Translations under genes and position numbers: made by a program
Shown: piece by piece, positions 9,562-23,100 of the stretch
Position numbering within the stretch: the stretch's first letter is position 1
How the letters are laid out: every line of letters begins with the position of its first letter
The notes under the pieces: generated by a model
Seen by the model: only the letters and a program-made list of their open reading frames with translations
Databases searched by the model: none
Told to the model about the DNA's origin: nothing
Assembly: GCA_964199315.1 (NCBI GenBank)
Contig: OZ116698.1
Coordinates: 11,222,001 to 11,286,000 of the forward strand
DNA length: 64,000 nucleotides
Direction: 5' to 3'
From: Orbicella franksi
Taxonomy: Eukaryota

Positions 9562-10995
9562 TCACCAATTACCTGAGTGAGTGACAGGGGGTGGACCATA
9601 AGCTCGAAGCTCATCTATTAACTGAAGCACCTTAAGTGCAGGGCCAACCTTCATGAAATGTAACAGTGTGTCTCTGTTTAATAACATCAGTGCCCTGCCG
9701 TCAATCTCCTGCTCTTGAAAGAATCCTGCATACTCAGCACAGTCACTGTTGTAAAAAAACTGAACCACATCTGCTGTGCTCCACAAGGACACACTAGGCC
9801 TTGGCTGGGAATTCCATTGTTCCATACTTTTGGTTCTGTCAGGACTGACGATAGGCTTGTCTCTGCCGTTGGACCATGACAGGACTGTTGTGCCTCCTGG
9901 TGGACTCAAAGAGGATGAACCTTGTACTCCATCCTGTCTCCATGAATGAACATCACTTTCTTCAGAGTGATTCCAAGTTGGAGCATTCTTGTTTTCCATA
10001 ACTGAGTGATTTAGAGGAGACAGTCTAATATGTGAAAAAGTGGAGGCTACTGTAGCCATACCATTTTCCATAGACACGGGTTTTTGCATTCCAGCTGCCT
10101 GGTTTGATGTTCCTGAAGTTCCTTGGTATGGCCTAAAGGCAGAGGTACTTGCACTAATAGAAGCATCAGTGTTATTGGGAAAATTATCAGGAGAAGTTTG
10201 AAAATCAGAAACAGCATTTTGATGAACTGTTGTGTTTTGTCTTGAAACAATTGGCGCAGGGGGTAGCTCTGATCTGCTTGTAGAAGGTACACCTTGAAAG
10301 GAGTGAGAATCATGGGAGGCTTTCGATTCCAAAGACTTGAGGGAAGAATCTTTGCGAAATCGAGGTGCGAGCGCTCGGTTTTCATTAACCTTCTTAGGGG
10401 GTGATGATTTGACAGAAGTGCCATTAAATAACATAACATCACTATTATGCAGTCTGCCATCCTTGAGACGACAGTCAGATGAGCTCATGACATAAGTTAC
10501 TCTTTGACTCCCTTCTTTTTTGTTTTCATTGCTCTTCTTGCTGCCTTCCTCTGATGATTTATCACCATCATGATGTTTCACGTTTGGAGAAGGACGTCTT
10601 CTAATCCTTTCTGACATATAAGCAGGCCTCACTGCCAAGATGCTTCCATTGAGCGTGTAGCCATTAAACTGTGACAGTGCAGTGTGGGCTTCTTTAGACG
10701 ATGCAAACTTAACAAATGCATAAGCTAATGAATGAGAGTCCACATGACTAGTACGACGTGGTCTTGACTCCATAAGTTTACATACGGCAACCTTACCAAC
10801 AACAGAGAACGTTCTGTTCAGCTCCTTCTCTGAGATGTCTTCTGGAAGATTACTCACATGCACACCATACAAACCGTACATGTCTCTTGGAATGACTGAA
10901 CAATTATCGTCGACGTCTTCTGCTTTCTGGCTTAAAGGTTTAAACGAGTTGCCTGATTTGTCCTCATACTGAAAAAGTTCTTCTGAGCTACTCAT
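9562..10995 (-). CDS. RRM + low-complexity linker + Ph/Scm-class SAM domain protein, 477 aa, single coding exon
   Basis: RNP2 VHVSNL and RNP1 AYAFVKF mark the RRM (~10870-10630). The C-terminal WSTADVVQFF...FQEQEIDGRALMLL...MKVGPALKV is a SAM domain (~9800-9600). A splice acceptor (tttcag|G) lies immediately before the ATG at 10995, so the first 14 aa of the ORF-track call are intronic and an upstream non-coding exon is implied. Confidence 0.85.
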   Translation of the reverse strand: MSSSEELFQYEDKSGNSFKPLSQKAEDVDDNCSVIPRDMYGLYGVHVSNLPEDISEKELNRTFSVVGKVAVCKLMESRPRRTSHVDSHSLAYAFVKFASSKEAHTALSQFNGYTLNGSILAVRPAYMSERIRRRPSPNVKHHDGDKSSEEGSKKSNENKKEGSQRVTYVMSSSDCRLKDGRLHNSDVMLFNGTSVKSSPPKKVNENRALAPRFRKDSSLKSLESKASHDSHSFQGVPSTSRSELPPAPIVSRQNTTVHQNAVSDFQTSPDNFPNNTDASISASTSAFRPYQGTSGTSNQAAGMQKPVSMENGMATVASTFSHIRLSPLNHSVMENKNAPTWNHSEESDVHSWRQDGVQGSSSLSPPGGTTVLSWSNGRDKPIVSPDRTKSMEQWNSQPRPSVSLWSTADVVQFFYNSDCAEYAGFFQEQEIDGRALMLLNRDTLLHFMKVGPALKVLQLIDELRAYGPPPVTHSGNW

Positions 10996-11417
10996 CCTGA
11001 AAGGTATATAACGAAAGATAATATAATTTAATTTCACATCAAAGACTTTTTGAGCGGAAAAATGACAGCTAAACAGTCGGTTGATTTTTTTCCGAATAAT
11101 TTACTATTTGCTACTGTTGCTGTCAACAAATTACACTAATACTGTGTTAAGACAATTCTAGCTCCGGAAAAATCTCCAGGAATCACAAACCTGCGTTCTT
11201 CACACAAAATCTATCAACAGCCTACAATGCATCAAGCGTCGATTCAACACAAAACTTCACGTGGTGAACGGATCAATGACAAGACCTGGTTACTAAGCGC
11301 TCCATGCTCAACTTTCTCTCCCCTGGCACGAGTGTTGCCCATGGCAACGGGAAAGGAGTAGAACTTTTTCAAAAGTACTTTGGGAAGTCTTAAATACTGC
11401 GGTGCCTACAATAGATC

Positions 11418-11548
11418 GGCAGACGTTCTTATGGCTCGTCACGCAATCTTTCCTCTCCAACGAGTGGCCAAACCATGTACCAGAGCCAAACAAACGTTTG
11501 TTGGGGAGGAAAGATTGCGTGACGAGCGCTAGGCATAACGACGTCTGC
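11418..11548. mobile_element. Short palindromic MITE-like element
   Basis: Arms GCAGACGT...GCTCGTCACGCAATCTTTCCTC / GAGGAAAGATTGCGTGACGAGC...ACGTCTGC. Confidence 0.65.
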
Positions 11549-14149
11549 GTACTCGGTCACTTTTACATGGGAGCCTCGTTCATCGAGCCTCAGCTATTGT
11601 CGGGAGAAAGGCTGTAGCTATTTTCTGCGGCCATAAAACTATTTCGCACAAGTTCTACAGGCTTGTTAATTTTGTAGTTGAGAGTTCATGAAGGTGACTT
11701 CACTTTCATGTAAGTTCAATAAGCCTTTTGCAACAGTTGGTCACGAGACCGATCATTTCTCAACTTTTAGCCAAATGAATTTTAGACCTGGAAAATGCAT
11801 GTTTTAAATGGCGAGAACAACAATTTCCAAACCAATTCTATGTAAGCTTGAGGTTTAATGACGATTTGAATATTGCAAAAATTGGAAGGTTTTGTATAGA
11901 AGCGAGGAGGCTTTGCCCTCCACAAACCTTTTCGTTTATTAATCCCTAAAAGAGGAAGCTGCTGGCATTTAACCATTGGAGAGAGAAAGAGGGGTAAAAC
12001 ATTAGGACGAATGGAAAATTCTAAGCTCTTAAACCCAAAGGCAGCTTGAAAACTTGCAAAATGACAAGGGTTCGCATTGAACACCACTGGAGCGTAACTG
12101 AAGGGCAAAGCGTCTTCTTCGTATACAAATCCCTTCTAAGTTCTAACGTCCATAAAAATGTCCTGTTAAAGGATATAAACCTGAAAATTTACATGTAAGA
12201 TAATTTAAATATTCTTTCTATTTCGGATAACATTTTGCCTTGCCAACGATTAAATCAGTGTGTTCTTGAAAAGGACGTCACGCGGCCAACTGTTGCAAAA
12301 GGTCTATTTTGAACGCAATTCACTTCAACTATAAGCACAGGCGACTATATTTATTCATCCGCAGGCTATTGAGAAGATTGTTTTTATTGCTTTTAGCATT
12401 CTATTCACAAAATCTCTTTGTCCGTTTTGCTTTCCAGATTTCATCGTTGAATGAAGTCTTCTTCTGGGCTTAAATATTTTTAACAGTTGAACTATTTTTA
12501 TTACTTTTATTATATAATTACATCTCTAGTAGTTAACACAATAAAACAGATCTTCGAGTTAAAAAGATAGCCTTGATGTGGGAACAATTTTCTTTTAACT
12601 CAAGAGCTTTTTCGACAATGACAACATCTCTATCTACCTCACGCACTTTCTTATAATTAAAAAGTCTTCTTTAAATAAAAATTTACTTCCTAATAAATAT
12701 ATTGATACTTTGGAATTTAAAGCAGCTATAACGCGCCACATATTTCAAAACAATTAACGGCGATGGTCGGGAGGGGGGTGGCATGGCAACTACCTTACAG
12801 CTGATCTTACAGCTTCTTCTAGTTTCCATGACGCCAAAGGACTTGCCGCGAGTCTCCCCTCCCCTCCACCTGTGGATGGGGCACGTATCTACAGTACCTC
12901 CTAATTGAAGGGAATTTGACGTACCTCACAATAATAGATAGCTTCGATACAAAAACACCGCAAGGGCGATAATAAAGCTTCCCAATGGAAACAAGAACAA
13001 AAACGGAAAGATTGATGATTACGGGCGACGCGCTTGAAAAGTTCAGTCTAAAGTTTTCAAGAAGTACTCGATAAGTGCTGTTGCTCCTTTACAACAAAGA
13101 ATATGTACAAATGATAATGTGTAATAAAATAGTAGCAGTAGTTATTGCTCTCGTTGTTCCCGTTGCTGCTTTTTTGGGTTGTTTTTAATTACAATGAACA
13201 CTTATCAACTCACATGGGTAAACTGACTAGAGCATTGCCAGCATGATTAGAGCCTGTGCGCTTACCCAGCTGATAACGAGCGATTTTGGGGAATCTGTCG
13301 GTTGTAAAACCTAAAAATAAAGATTTGACTCCCACATCCAATCACTGCCCGGCACATTTAGCGTAATCAGCTAATCGCAAGTAGCATTAGAAGCATTTAA
13401 CCAGTGGCAACTACGGCAAAAATCGCGATGTCCAAGCATGATTGCTTTAGGTTTGGTATAAGATTGAATGAAAAGATATCTTCATTTTCATTAGTCAGTG
13501 TATCAGGTCATTGCAAAAGAAAATAAGAGTTTTAGCTTAACTTAAACGGTTGAGAATCAGACCTCTAAATGACCGTGGTTTTCCCAAACAACCCTTAACC
13601 ACTTGCGTCATCAGAATTAACACGACTGAAAATTCTTCAGTCTTTTAAATTGATCAACTACGTAATCTCTTCCCTCTGACAAGAGGAAAGTCACATCTGA
13701 AATCTGGAAGCCCTTAATACCTCATTATGGACTTTAAATTAGTACCTACAATTTGTTACTTCGGAACGAGAAGCAAATGTGTCTGTGATAATCGTGGACA
13801 TAAAATTAAGACTTGTTTGGCCTAATGCGATCATTGTCCAGCAATTTTCAAAATCTAAACTTCAGCGGCAAGCCATAATCCATTCACGGCTATCAATAAA
13901 ATACGTCATCTTTAGTTTGTCATTGGCTTTTGGAATTTGGTGTAACAAATTGTGTGGTTAGGTCTCAAAGCAGTCTTGTGTTTACGTGATGGAGGAGTTG
14001 TCAGAGATGTTTGGGAAGAGAGGGGAGGGGGAGGAGGAGTGGGAGAAGAGGAGAGGGTAAGGTATAATTAGGGGGCAATACAAGTTAACTTTGACCTCTA
14101 CATAACTTCCTAGTTGCCTAAAAGCTTCTATGATGAACTGAAGTCGTTC

Positions 14150-17100
14150 TCACACCGTTGTCCATGTTCCATTACTTGAGTATTTGACAGCACCCCGCGG
14201 GTCGACGGGTTCCGAGACATTTCTTGACTGCGGGCATGAATTTGTTCTACTCGCGGGTTCTTTAGCAGGAATATCCCTGTCCGTGAAAGTGTCCTGTGAT
14301 TCGAGGGAAGAATCGCTTAGTTGCCTAGTGACGCTTAATTCCTCGCCACTTGAGTCCAGAGCAGTATTTGATACCGCGTGGACCGCATCGTCATGAGTTT
14401 TGCCCGCGAGCGGAGGGTCGAGAAATTGTCCCATCAGAGAAATTGTCGATATTTTGTAGAGAGACGTTTTTTCTTGTACGGCGGTGGGAGACGGTGGTTG
14501 AACGCTACCAGTCGTATAAGCTGATGGGTTCGATGACTTGGGTGGCGACGCGCTGAAGTAAATATCCGCCTGACAAACAAAACAAACAGTAATCGAAATT
14601 ATCTTAAGCAGTGATCAATCCTAGAAGAAAGATGCTATGGACTTAGTGTGTAAGGTTCAGAGCTCCTTGCAGAAAGCATGTTCCTACATACTACCAAAAA
14701 GAAATTCTTGGCTGTGCATTTGACAACGTAAGCTACAATGTAATTCATTGTAGTAGGAAGGAAGAAAACAACTCTAACGAAGTAGGTTTCTGACTAAAAT
14801 GGAAAAGCATACGTGTGGACATATGTATTTATACCATGCCATAGAAAATACAGCCAGTCAGAATACAGGAAAACCGTTGTATACTTGACAATCTTCGCAT
14901 CGTGCGCTGCATTGACTGTGTTGGCCGCTGTATTTTCTACGTCTCGTGTGCATACCGTCAAAATACGTGACTCGTCGTGGGATATTGCATGGTATTGCGT
15001 GGTAAAACACTCGAAAGCGTTGCAAAACTAGCATAAATAAAACTGTAGGTCAATAATATTATTTTTCAGCGTACCTTAGCTGATATGAGGCAGACCTTGG
15101 GTAATACCAGCGTATGAACCAAGTTTGCGTTCACGACAAGACGTATCTCTATCGTGTTAGTGGTGAAGGCCAGCAGATAAGGGAATGCACAAACTGTAAT
15201 AGAGTTCGTATAAAAATACATACATCAGACTATAGGTAAAACTACTCTATTTTATATATCTTACATGTAGTGTTATCAAGGAAAAGTGTGTAAAGAGAGT
15301 TTCTCTAATTTTGAATATTCATTGTGGAAAGTTCACACATTGCTCCAGAAGGCCTCCCATTTCCTTTCCACTGTTACACAAACCTACCAGGCGGTAAATA
15401 ACATGCATTGATCCATTTATAAAGAATGATTCACTGAAAGCTCGATGTTATCATATTTTAAAATAATTCAGTAACAAAGAATCAAAATTTGTACAAACCG
15501 ACTGAGTTCGGTGCCGAGTTCCACTGAAACGAAAAGTTGGACGACTGTTCTCCTGTTAACCTCTTGAACATTGATTGATCTGCCGGGCAAAGAAGTGAAA
15601 TTGTCAATAGTGCGGCGAGTTTTCTAGATCATCAGGTACAAAAGCTGTATTTGCTATTGGTGAATCGTGGGGGCTAACCATTTAAAGAGATTGATTCTTA
15701 TATTTTTCTTACATAACGAAGCCTGCTAATAAAAGCCAGCACACGCGAGCGGCCGGATGAAAAAGTCTGCACTGCCCCTTTAGCCAGTCAAATTTGCTTC
15801 CTCAGATATTTGCACCGCGCGGGGCAGAGAAATGAAATAAGGAGACGTAACTGATAAAACCCAGGTGATTTAATAAACTGCCTGATATCATATTCATCTC
15901 CTACGGGGCAATGACGTATGGTCGGAAATGACACGAGGACCGCGAGGGAATGAGGCTAAAGAAAAGTAACATAAGCTTACTGATGTCCACTTTAAACAGA
16001 TTTAGCCAAGTGCTAAAGTGACTCACGATTGAACGAAATAAGCAGTTCAGATTCTTCTTCTTCGTATACGTCAACTGCAGAGACAAGAGTGGCCTTCTGT
16101 AAAGAAAACAAAACAATTCAGGAACTCCTGCCATCCTGTACTTGTCGCTTTTATTTCGTGTATCATGGCGTTCAGCGTACACGCCTACAGCCTAACAAGT
16201 CTAAAACGCAGCTACTTGAGACGCTATCTCAAATATTAGTAAGGTTCTAATTTGTAACCGAAGTTAACAGATGTCTCGGTTCTTCACGCACTCTTCGGGA
16301 ATTGTCGAAAAGTCCCCGGGTCAGTTTTGGAATCTTCGACTGTCGTCTTACCATCTTCGAGAATCCTTTTTGCCTTGGACGAACAAAAGCTTATGAAAAA
16401 TGCATTCCATCTTAATCAATCACAATTCAGTTATTTTGCCCTCTATATTATTATCTGAGCATTTTTTTTGAACAATTTTCGACGAAAACTTTGGATATAC
16501 CTTTTGCTTGTCAATAACGTGTATTCTCGACACGTTCCCTGACTCGCTGATGAGTTCAAACTGATGTTTGTAACCCACGCAAACAAGACTCTCGTGAGCA
16601 CTTGTGAATACCAACGTCATGAGAAGAGGCGCTTCCCCAACAGTAACTTCCTGTATAAAAGATAGCAAACATGCATTAGACAATAAAAGATTTCACATTA
16701 GTTCTTTCGTGAGGCAAGGCTATACGCCACGCGAGACCGATTAGTGTCCAGTGAACCTAAAAACGACGCAACGGAACAACGAAAATGAAGCCTATCTCCA
16801 AGGAATTAGTGACTGTGTAGGACAAATTTTTTCGACTGAATATTATTTTGAAATCTTCTAACTGTTTTAAGGCCATTGCAAGGTAATTTCACTTGAAAGA
16901 CGCAGAGAGGTGGGGGAATTCGAAAGGGGGAAGTCTTTCTTTATTTTCCTTTCCTTTCTTGGGGCTGACAATGATCTGCAACCATGGACAAATTGTGTTG
17001 GAAAATGCACAAACATGAAATCATAACTATAGTACCTACAGAATAAGTGTCAGTACCCCCATTCCCCCTTTCAATGTTGGAAAATGGTAAAATGCAAACT

Positions 17101-20100
17101 TGTGTTAGATCAAAGTGTTTTGTCAATTATGCACGGGGGTGGGGAGGGGCAAAATGCGTAGAGAATGAACTATTCTAATCCTGGTCACTAAGATTGTAGC
17201 TATATCGAGATCTATGGTGGTGCAGTTTAGAGCGCAAGTTTTGACATTGTACCTTGATTGTTTCAAATCCATCCGCCACATCTTTATTGCTTCCTACTGA
17301 CCATGTGCTCCATACTACGGGATGCTTCCAACGTAACAGTGTCACTTTTTTCCCAACAGCTACTGCAAGCTTCAGTTCACCATCACCCGACTGGCTTACA
17401 GCAAACAAATGGCATCCTACAAATGGTATAAAGTATTTAACAAATTGAAAGCTTGAACGTCCTTGAGTGTGTTCATGTATATTAGAGGATTGTTCCTAAA
17501 GAAGTAGTTTAGCTACATTGTCAGTTGTCCGGCATGGAAAACAACACTTGAAGTTCAGTTAAAAATACAGAGAGTCGCATACAGCCGTTTGCAATTAGAT
17601 ACCTCCTGATTGTAAGTTTAATACATTATCCGCGGCCCAAATGTAATTTTTGAATTGTCGTTTGCGCTACGAGGTAGAACCGCATATTACCATCAGCCAA
17701 TCCGGCTACAAGTAGGCATCCGAGCGGCGAGGCTTTAATTGGTATCAGGGCAAGCTAGTACCTTTCTAGAAAAGCTCAACGATGTAAGCAAGAAACAGTA
17801 AGTGAGGGGCCAGGCCCCCTTTCCTTTTCATTATTTTGGGTACTGAAGACGGAAAAGTGAACTCCCTCAACTGAGCAAGAAAAGACCCACGTCTACGCCC
17901 TGTCCCCAGCCCTCTTATTTTAAGCAAAAGAAAGCCCATATGTACGCCCCCTGTCCCCGCACCCACCACCTATTTGGACACACTTTGGATCCGTCAATCC
18001 AGATTACAGGGAACAATCAAGGTCGCGAAAGGGCTGTGAGATTACTGCACAAAGATGCGATTTCGCGGTTACGAACTACAACTATTCCGTTTGATACTCT
18101 CCCAGTTCGATCGTGTTTACCTTAATTCTCTGTCATAGTACCTTTGCTTTTGTCTACTCTGTGATTTTTGCAAAACTGCCTAGTCTTCGGTTCTTCGTCT
18201 TCCTCTTCGAAGTCCGTCAATCTGAACACGTACAACTTGGACGAGTGGAACTCTTTACCTTTGTCCACACGGAACAGAAGAAGCCCAAAAGCTTCCACAA
18301 CACTCATTTGTTTCGCGACCACAGACTTGTCAAATATATAGCGATGTTTCTCTCCTAAAATAGGGAAAAAGCAGTTTGTTGTGAAAGAGGAAAACGAAAG
18401 ATACGGCAAGAAAAACTTTTTCAAAGCAATCCCAGTCCCAGCATTGTGCTTGCTTTCCTCTAGATGCCTAGTTAATCTTATTGTATTAATATTGTGGGAA
18501 TCGATGTTCAAGCAAGACTGCGATTGGCAAATTCCTTCAAACCCCTTTCGTGCCTTGATGGAAGGGTACTTGGTTGACAGACGTTTATCGTTTTGCTACG
18601 AGTTATTTTCTTCGAGCGCGCGAGCCACCCCCCTTGCGCTCGCGCTTCTTCAAGTCCCTTACGGTTAAAACTTTTCTTGCGATCTCGAAGAACTCAAGAC
18701 AAAAGAGAGGGTCTGTAGACAAACTAAAGGAAGGGGGGAGTAGAAGTTCCAATAAAAAGGCAGAAAGAAAGTAAAAATTCTTAGTACCTTGAAGCATTTG
18801 GATGCCATCCTCTGTTCCCAGTACTAGACTATCACCTGCAAATAAATGTCAAAACATATTCCTTATGTTAGAAAATTTCTTTGAATTTATTTTTGGGGAA
18901 AAATGAAAAACTACTTTACCCCTGAACTCCCTTTCATCTTCATCACGACTAGAAGGATAATAGTACACTGTTGACTTAAGCTGCTTTAGGCTTCAGTCAG
19001 CCATAGTTAATAGAGGGGACTGGTTTTGAAGCCCGGTAAACATCAAAGGAGGAAACAAAGATGCCAAGATTTATGTTGGAAGGTCCACGACCGTGCTCAA
19101 TCTTTTGTTCTGTCATATATTATACATGAATTACGAAACCAACACGTTTCTATTGGTTAGTTCCTCAGTACGGAGTAAACAACTATTGTGTTTTGTGCAC
19201 GGTCAAGGCCAAAAAGAGAGCAAAAACATAAAAAAACTTTGAAGAGTTTCATAAGCATTCCCCTCTATTGCCTATGAGTAAGCTGGGTTGGTTGGATAGA
19301 CCTTTCACGTGGGATTTTTGGCCAAATTTGACGATCCATATCAGTATATCGCGATCCCAGCCCTTCCCTACTTCGATTGTTAGGCCTTTCATTAAGTCTA
19401 AATCTGGAAATTTCACGATATCCCCCATTTTCTAATTTTTTTAAAGAACTGACAATATCCGCCCAACTCAGTGGAACATTATCACCCTGAGCAAGCAGTA
19501 AGCGAGAAAAAGCCGGTCAGCAAACAAATCGCCTCACCCCAAGAATCACCGCAATATATTTTGGTAGGAAAATCCTCTAAAATGCACTGGGGCTTCCATG
19601 GCTGTAAATGGAACAAAACAAAGAAAACATTACACCATAAGATACTTATGACAACACTTATTACAACATAAGACACAACTTTCATAAGTATATTAGGAAA
19701 AAAAATTGTTCCAACCTCAACTTTTGCGTTTCCAGAGGTACTCGCCAGACTGGTCGGTGCATCGCCTTTCACAATTGTCTTTAGCTTCAAGGACTGGAAA
19801 ATAATCGAAAAAGTTCATTTTGCTTTCAAAGCTAGACTGAGAGTAACAAAACTCGTCCCCACTCACGAATCGTTCTTCAACAAATGTACAAATGAACTAA
19901 TAATCACAACACTTTGTACGAAACCAGTTTTGGGACTGAATTATGTAAAAAGACTTGACTTGTCTCTGTTATAATGTAAATGATTCACACAAATTTTAAG
20001 TCAACGTTGCACGTCTACCAACGTTTTATCGAACAGATAAGAATTGATCAACTACCTTTATGTTTTCGTTCCTTGGTCTTTTTTTGTTTTAGTAATAGAA

Positions 20101-23100
20101 ATTGGAAATTAACTTAATTGCAGTGGGAAGGTGTTCGTCGAATTTCCCGATTACAGCCAGTGGTGTAACTAGCCTTTAAACCATTAAGCACGGGCTTAAC
20201 AAGAATTTCTGTAAATTATTTTTTCAGTAGCCGAAAGGCCACAGTTTCTTTCTCTTATTGTTGAATAGCGAATCACCGCTATATCAACATTTTATTTTGA
20301 AAAACAAAATAATGACTTTCAATCTTATACATGAAAAAATGCTGAAAGGTTATTACCAAAGCAGAACTTTGAAATAGTTTTGCGCACGAAAATTTAGTTG
20401 ACTGTTTTTTGTTTTTTTTTGGACGTTGGCAAAATTTGATAGACGACTTACGCTGTACAATTTGGGCTTAAATGGAAAAAATGGCTGGCTACGCCCCTGA
20501 CAGCGAGTAGTGAAGACGCCCAAAAAGTAACTTTAACAGGAAACAAAATAGTAGTGAAATGAATTGAGATAGTACACATAGCAACCTGTCTACCTGTCCT
20601 AGCTGCAGGAAGGCCTGTTCCCTTTCCAGTCCCTTCCGGCTATTGCCTCGAGACGAATCCGTGATGACGTCGTTCCAGGATTTACGAGCGCCAAGTTTCT
20701 ATGGTGAAGAAAGAACAGATTTTGACGGTCAATAGTAATAGAAAAAATTGCGGTCGTATTCCTATACCCATTATTCCTATTACCCTAACTTGTTTTAGAG
20801 TTGCCTTGTGACTAAAGGAACTTCATCTTAAATTTATATTAGGACTAATATTAGGACTAGAAGTGGGTCGACGCTCATCCATACCCAGTACTTACCTCAT
20901 GCATGTGATCTTGAAGGAGCCTGGTTATGAGACTGTCTAGAGTACGCTGACGTCTGTTACTGAACGTGGGCGATCCATATGCAGCTTTCTCGCCATTCAT
21001 TACTGAAAAGAAAAAAAAAAACAAGCATAAACATTAAAAAAGAGAATAACTGAAGTAAAATACGAGAATACGAAACAATAGTAAGCTTTTAAAGGAAAAG
21101 TACCTGACACTTCAACAACTGAAGATACGTAGGCCATAAGGTATGATAAATCAGTCAGTTACTTAAAATACACTTACACTTCACGAGAAGAAAATCTCTA
21201 AATTCCTGGTGATCCTTAAAAACCGGTGGGCAAGGAAGCGGTGGACCGAAAATTGGCACATTCTTTTCGGAAAATACAGTCAACCTGCGGGAAGACGTCA
21301 TTGTTTTGTTGGTAAGTTTCGCGCGTGTTTCATGTACAATTCACAATAGTTTGAGGTCAAATAAGAAGCCTGACGTCTTACCGATAACTGTCGTCCGATT
21401 TGCTGTAGGATACAAGAGCATATATGTCTTGGAAAGCAGTTAAGAATTGCAACAATAAAATAGCGTCACCAACAAAACTAGCGACGTTCAATATAGCATT
21501 TACGTTTCTTGTGTTAAATATGACTTATCTAGAAATATGGAAATTGTAACATGATTCTATCAGTTACCCACTGTCGCGTTTGCAACAGGCTAAGTAAACA
21601 TTCACACGAAAACGGACAAACGTATTCATCTTGCCTAAGTGAATAAGCCATCTCCGAGTTACCTTGTGCCTCTGTTTCGTACAAAACCTTTCATATGGAA
21701 ATGAGTTTGTTTTGCATGAAAATGAACCTGTAGGCAGAACACATTACGATATGATTGACTTCGTACGAAGACTCGTTTTGGCACAGAGGCAAAAGGCAAC
21801 TCAGAAATGGTCCATTAAATTTACATTAGAATCAGTAAAAGATACGGACAAATTTCGACTTGATTGTTGGAGGACTGAACGAAGACGATTTCTCGTCCCA
21901 GTCTTGAAAAACAATAATGACGATGTCGTTTCCAATGTGGCGTTTGCGCTCCACCTGATAAGGAAAATATAACCATATTATTACACGTGCCAACCACGCC
22001 CAGTAGCAGAAAAAAAGGAAAATCAAAGGATTGGTATTTACACCGCTAGTTAATAGAGAAATATTAAAAATCTATTACAGACTGAATTATGAAAAGTCTC
22101 ATTTGAGTCACTACCCAACACTGCCGGAGCTTATCTCGGTTTTCGCGGGGCGGAGCGTTACGCGACTAGCAGTCTTGCTACTTCCCTTTGAAGGGATGTT
22201 AGTCCATCACAAGTTAGCCTACAGCATTCCGTTTGGTTGCCCCCAACATTTCGCCGGAACCTATCCGTACCCCTGGGTGGAGACAGGCGCTATGAGAGCA
22301 AAGTGTCTTGCCCAAGAACACAAAGCAATGTCCCTAGCCAGGGCTCGAACCCGAGCCCCTTCATCGGAGTATTAAAAGTAAGCCTGCACGCAAAGTTTGC
22401 GACGATTTTACATTTAGTGCAAGACAGAGTTGAACACACGTCACCTGCTGTGGGTTGTCTGGAGTGAAAGGCAACATGGTAGAGACGTGAAACATGATTT
22501 CGTGTCCTTCATAAATTGTATAAAGCGAATGCGAGCCAGTCATATTGTCTGAAACAAAGAAAAACGACACAAAGTAAACTAGACTGAAACGTTGACCTCC
22601 GTTCAGATACATTTTGCTCACTAACCTTATCTTACCTAAAAGTATACAGTTACTTCATGCTGCCATGGACCTGTGATGCCACACCAACAAAAAAATATAT
22701 CTATGCATGCTGGGCTATTAAATGTCATTTATACAGGTTGGTCAAGCACAGTTCAAGTGTGCTGTCTAGGTGACGCAGAGATATTAGCCAAGTTTTTTTT
22801 TTTTTTGCGAATTTCCGCACCGGGACGTAGTCGCGGCCATATAATCGTACAATCCACACACACATCCAAATGAGGCCAATACCCGATCTTGGTAAATACG
22901 TATCGATCATTTGGCATAACAGAACAGCATTTTTCATTAGAGACAGTGTGTAATCTTGAACGTGCAAGATAGCCCCATGTTGTCCACTCAGGTTACCGTT
23001 TATGTTTATCATTATTTAATAGACATAGAGGTACTAAATGCTAGGCTCGGGAGAACTTAATCTTACTTTTAACGTCCAGTCCTCCTCGATACTTCTGCCA

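Noticed and set aside
11782-12108. 108-aa minus-strand ORF between the RRM-SAM gene and GARNL3
   Set aside because: It has no recognisable motif, starts at a non-ATG codon in the track and has no convincing splice context. It cannot be supported without homology data.
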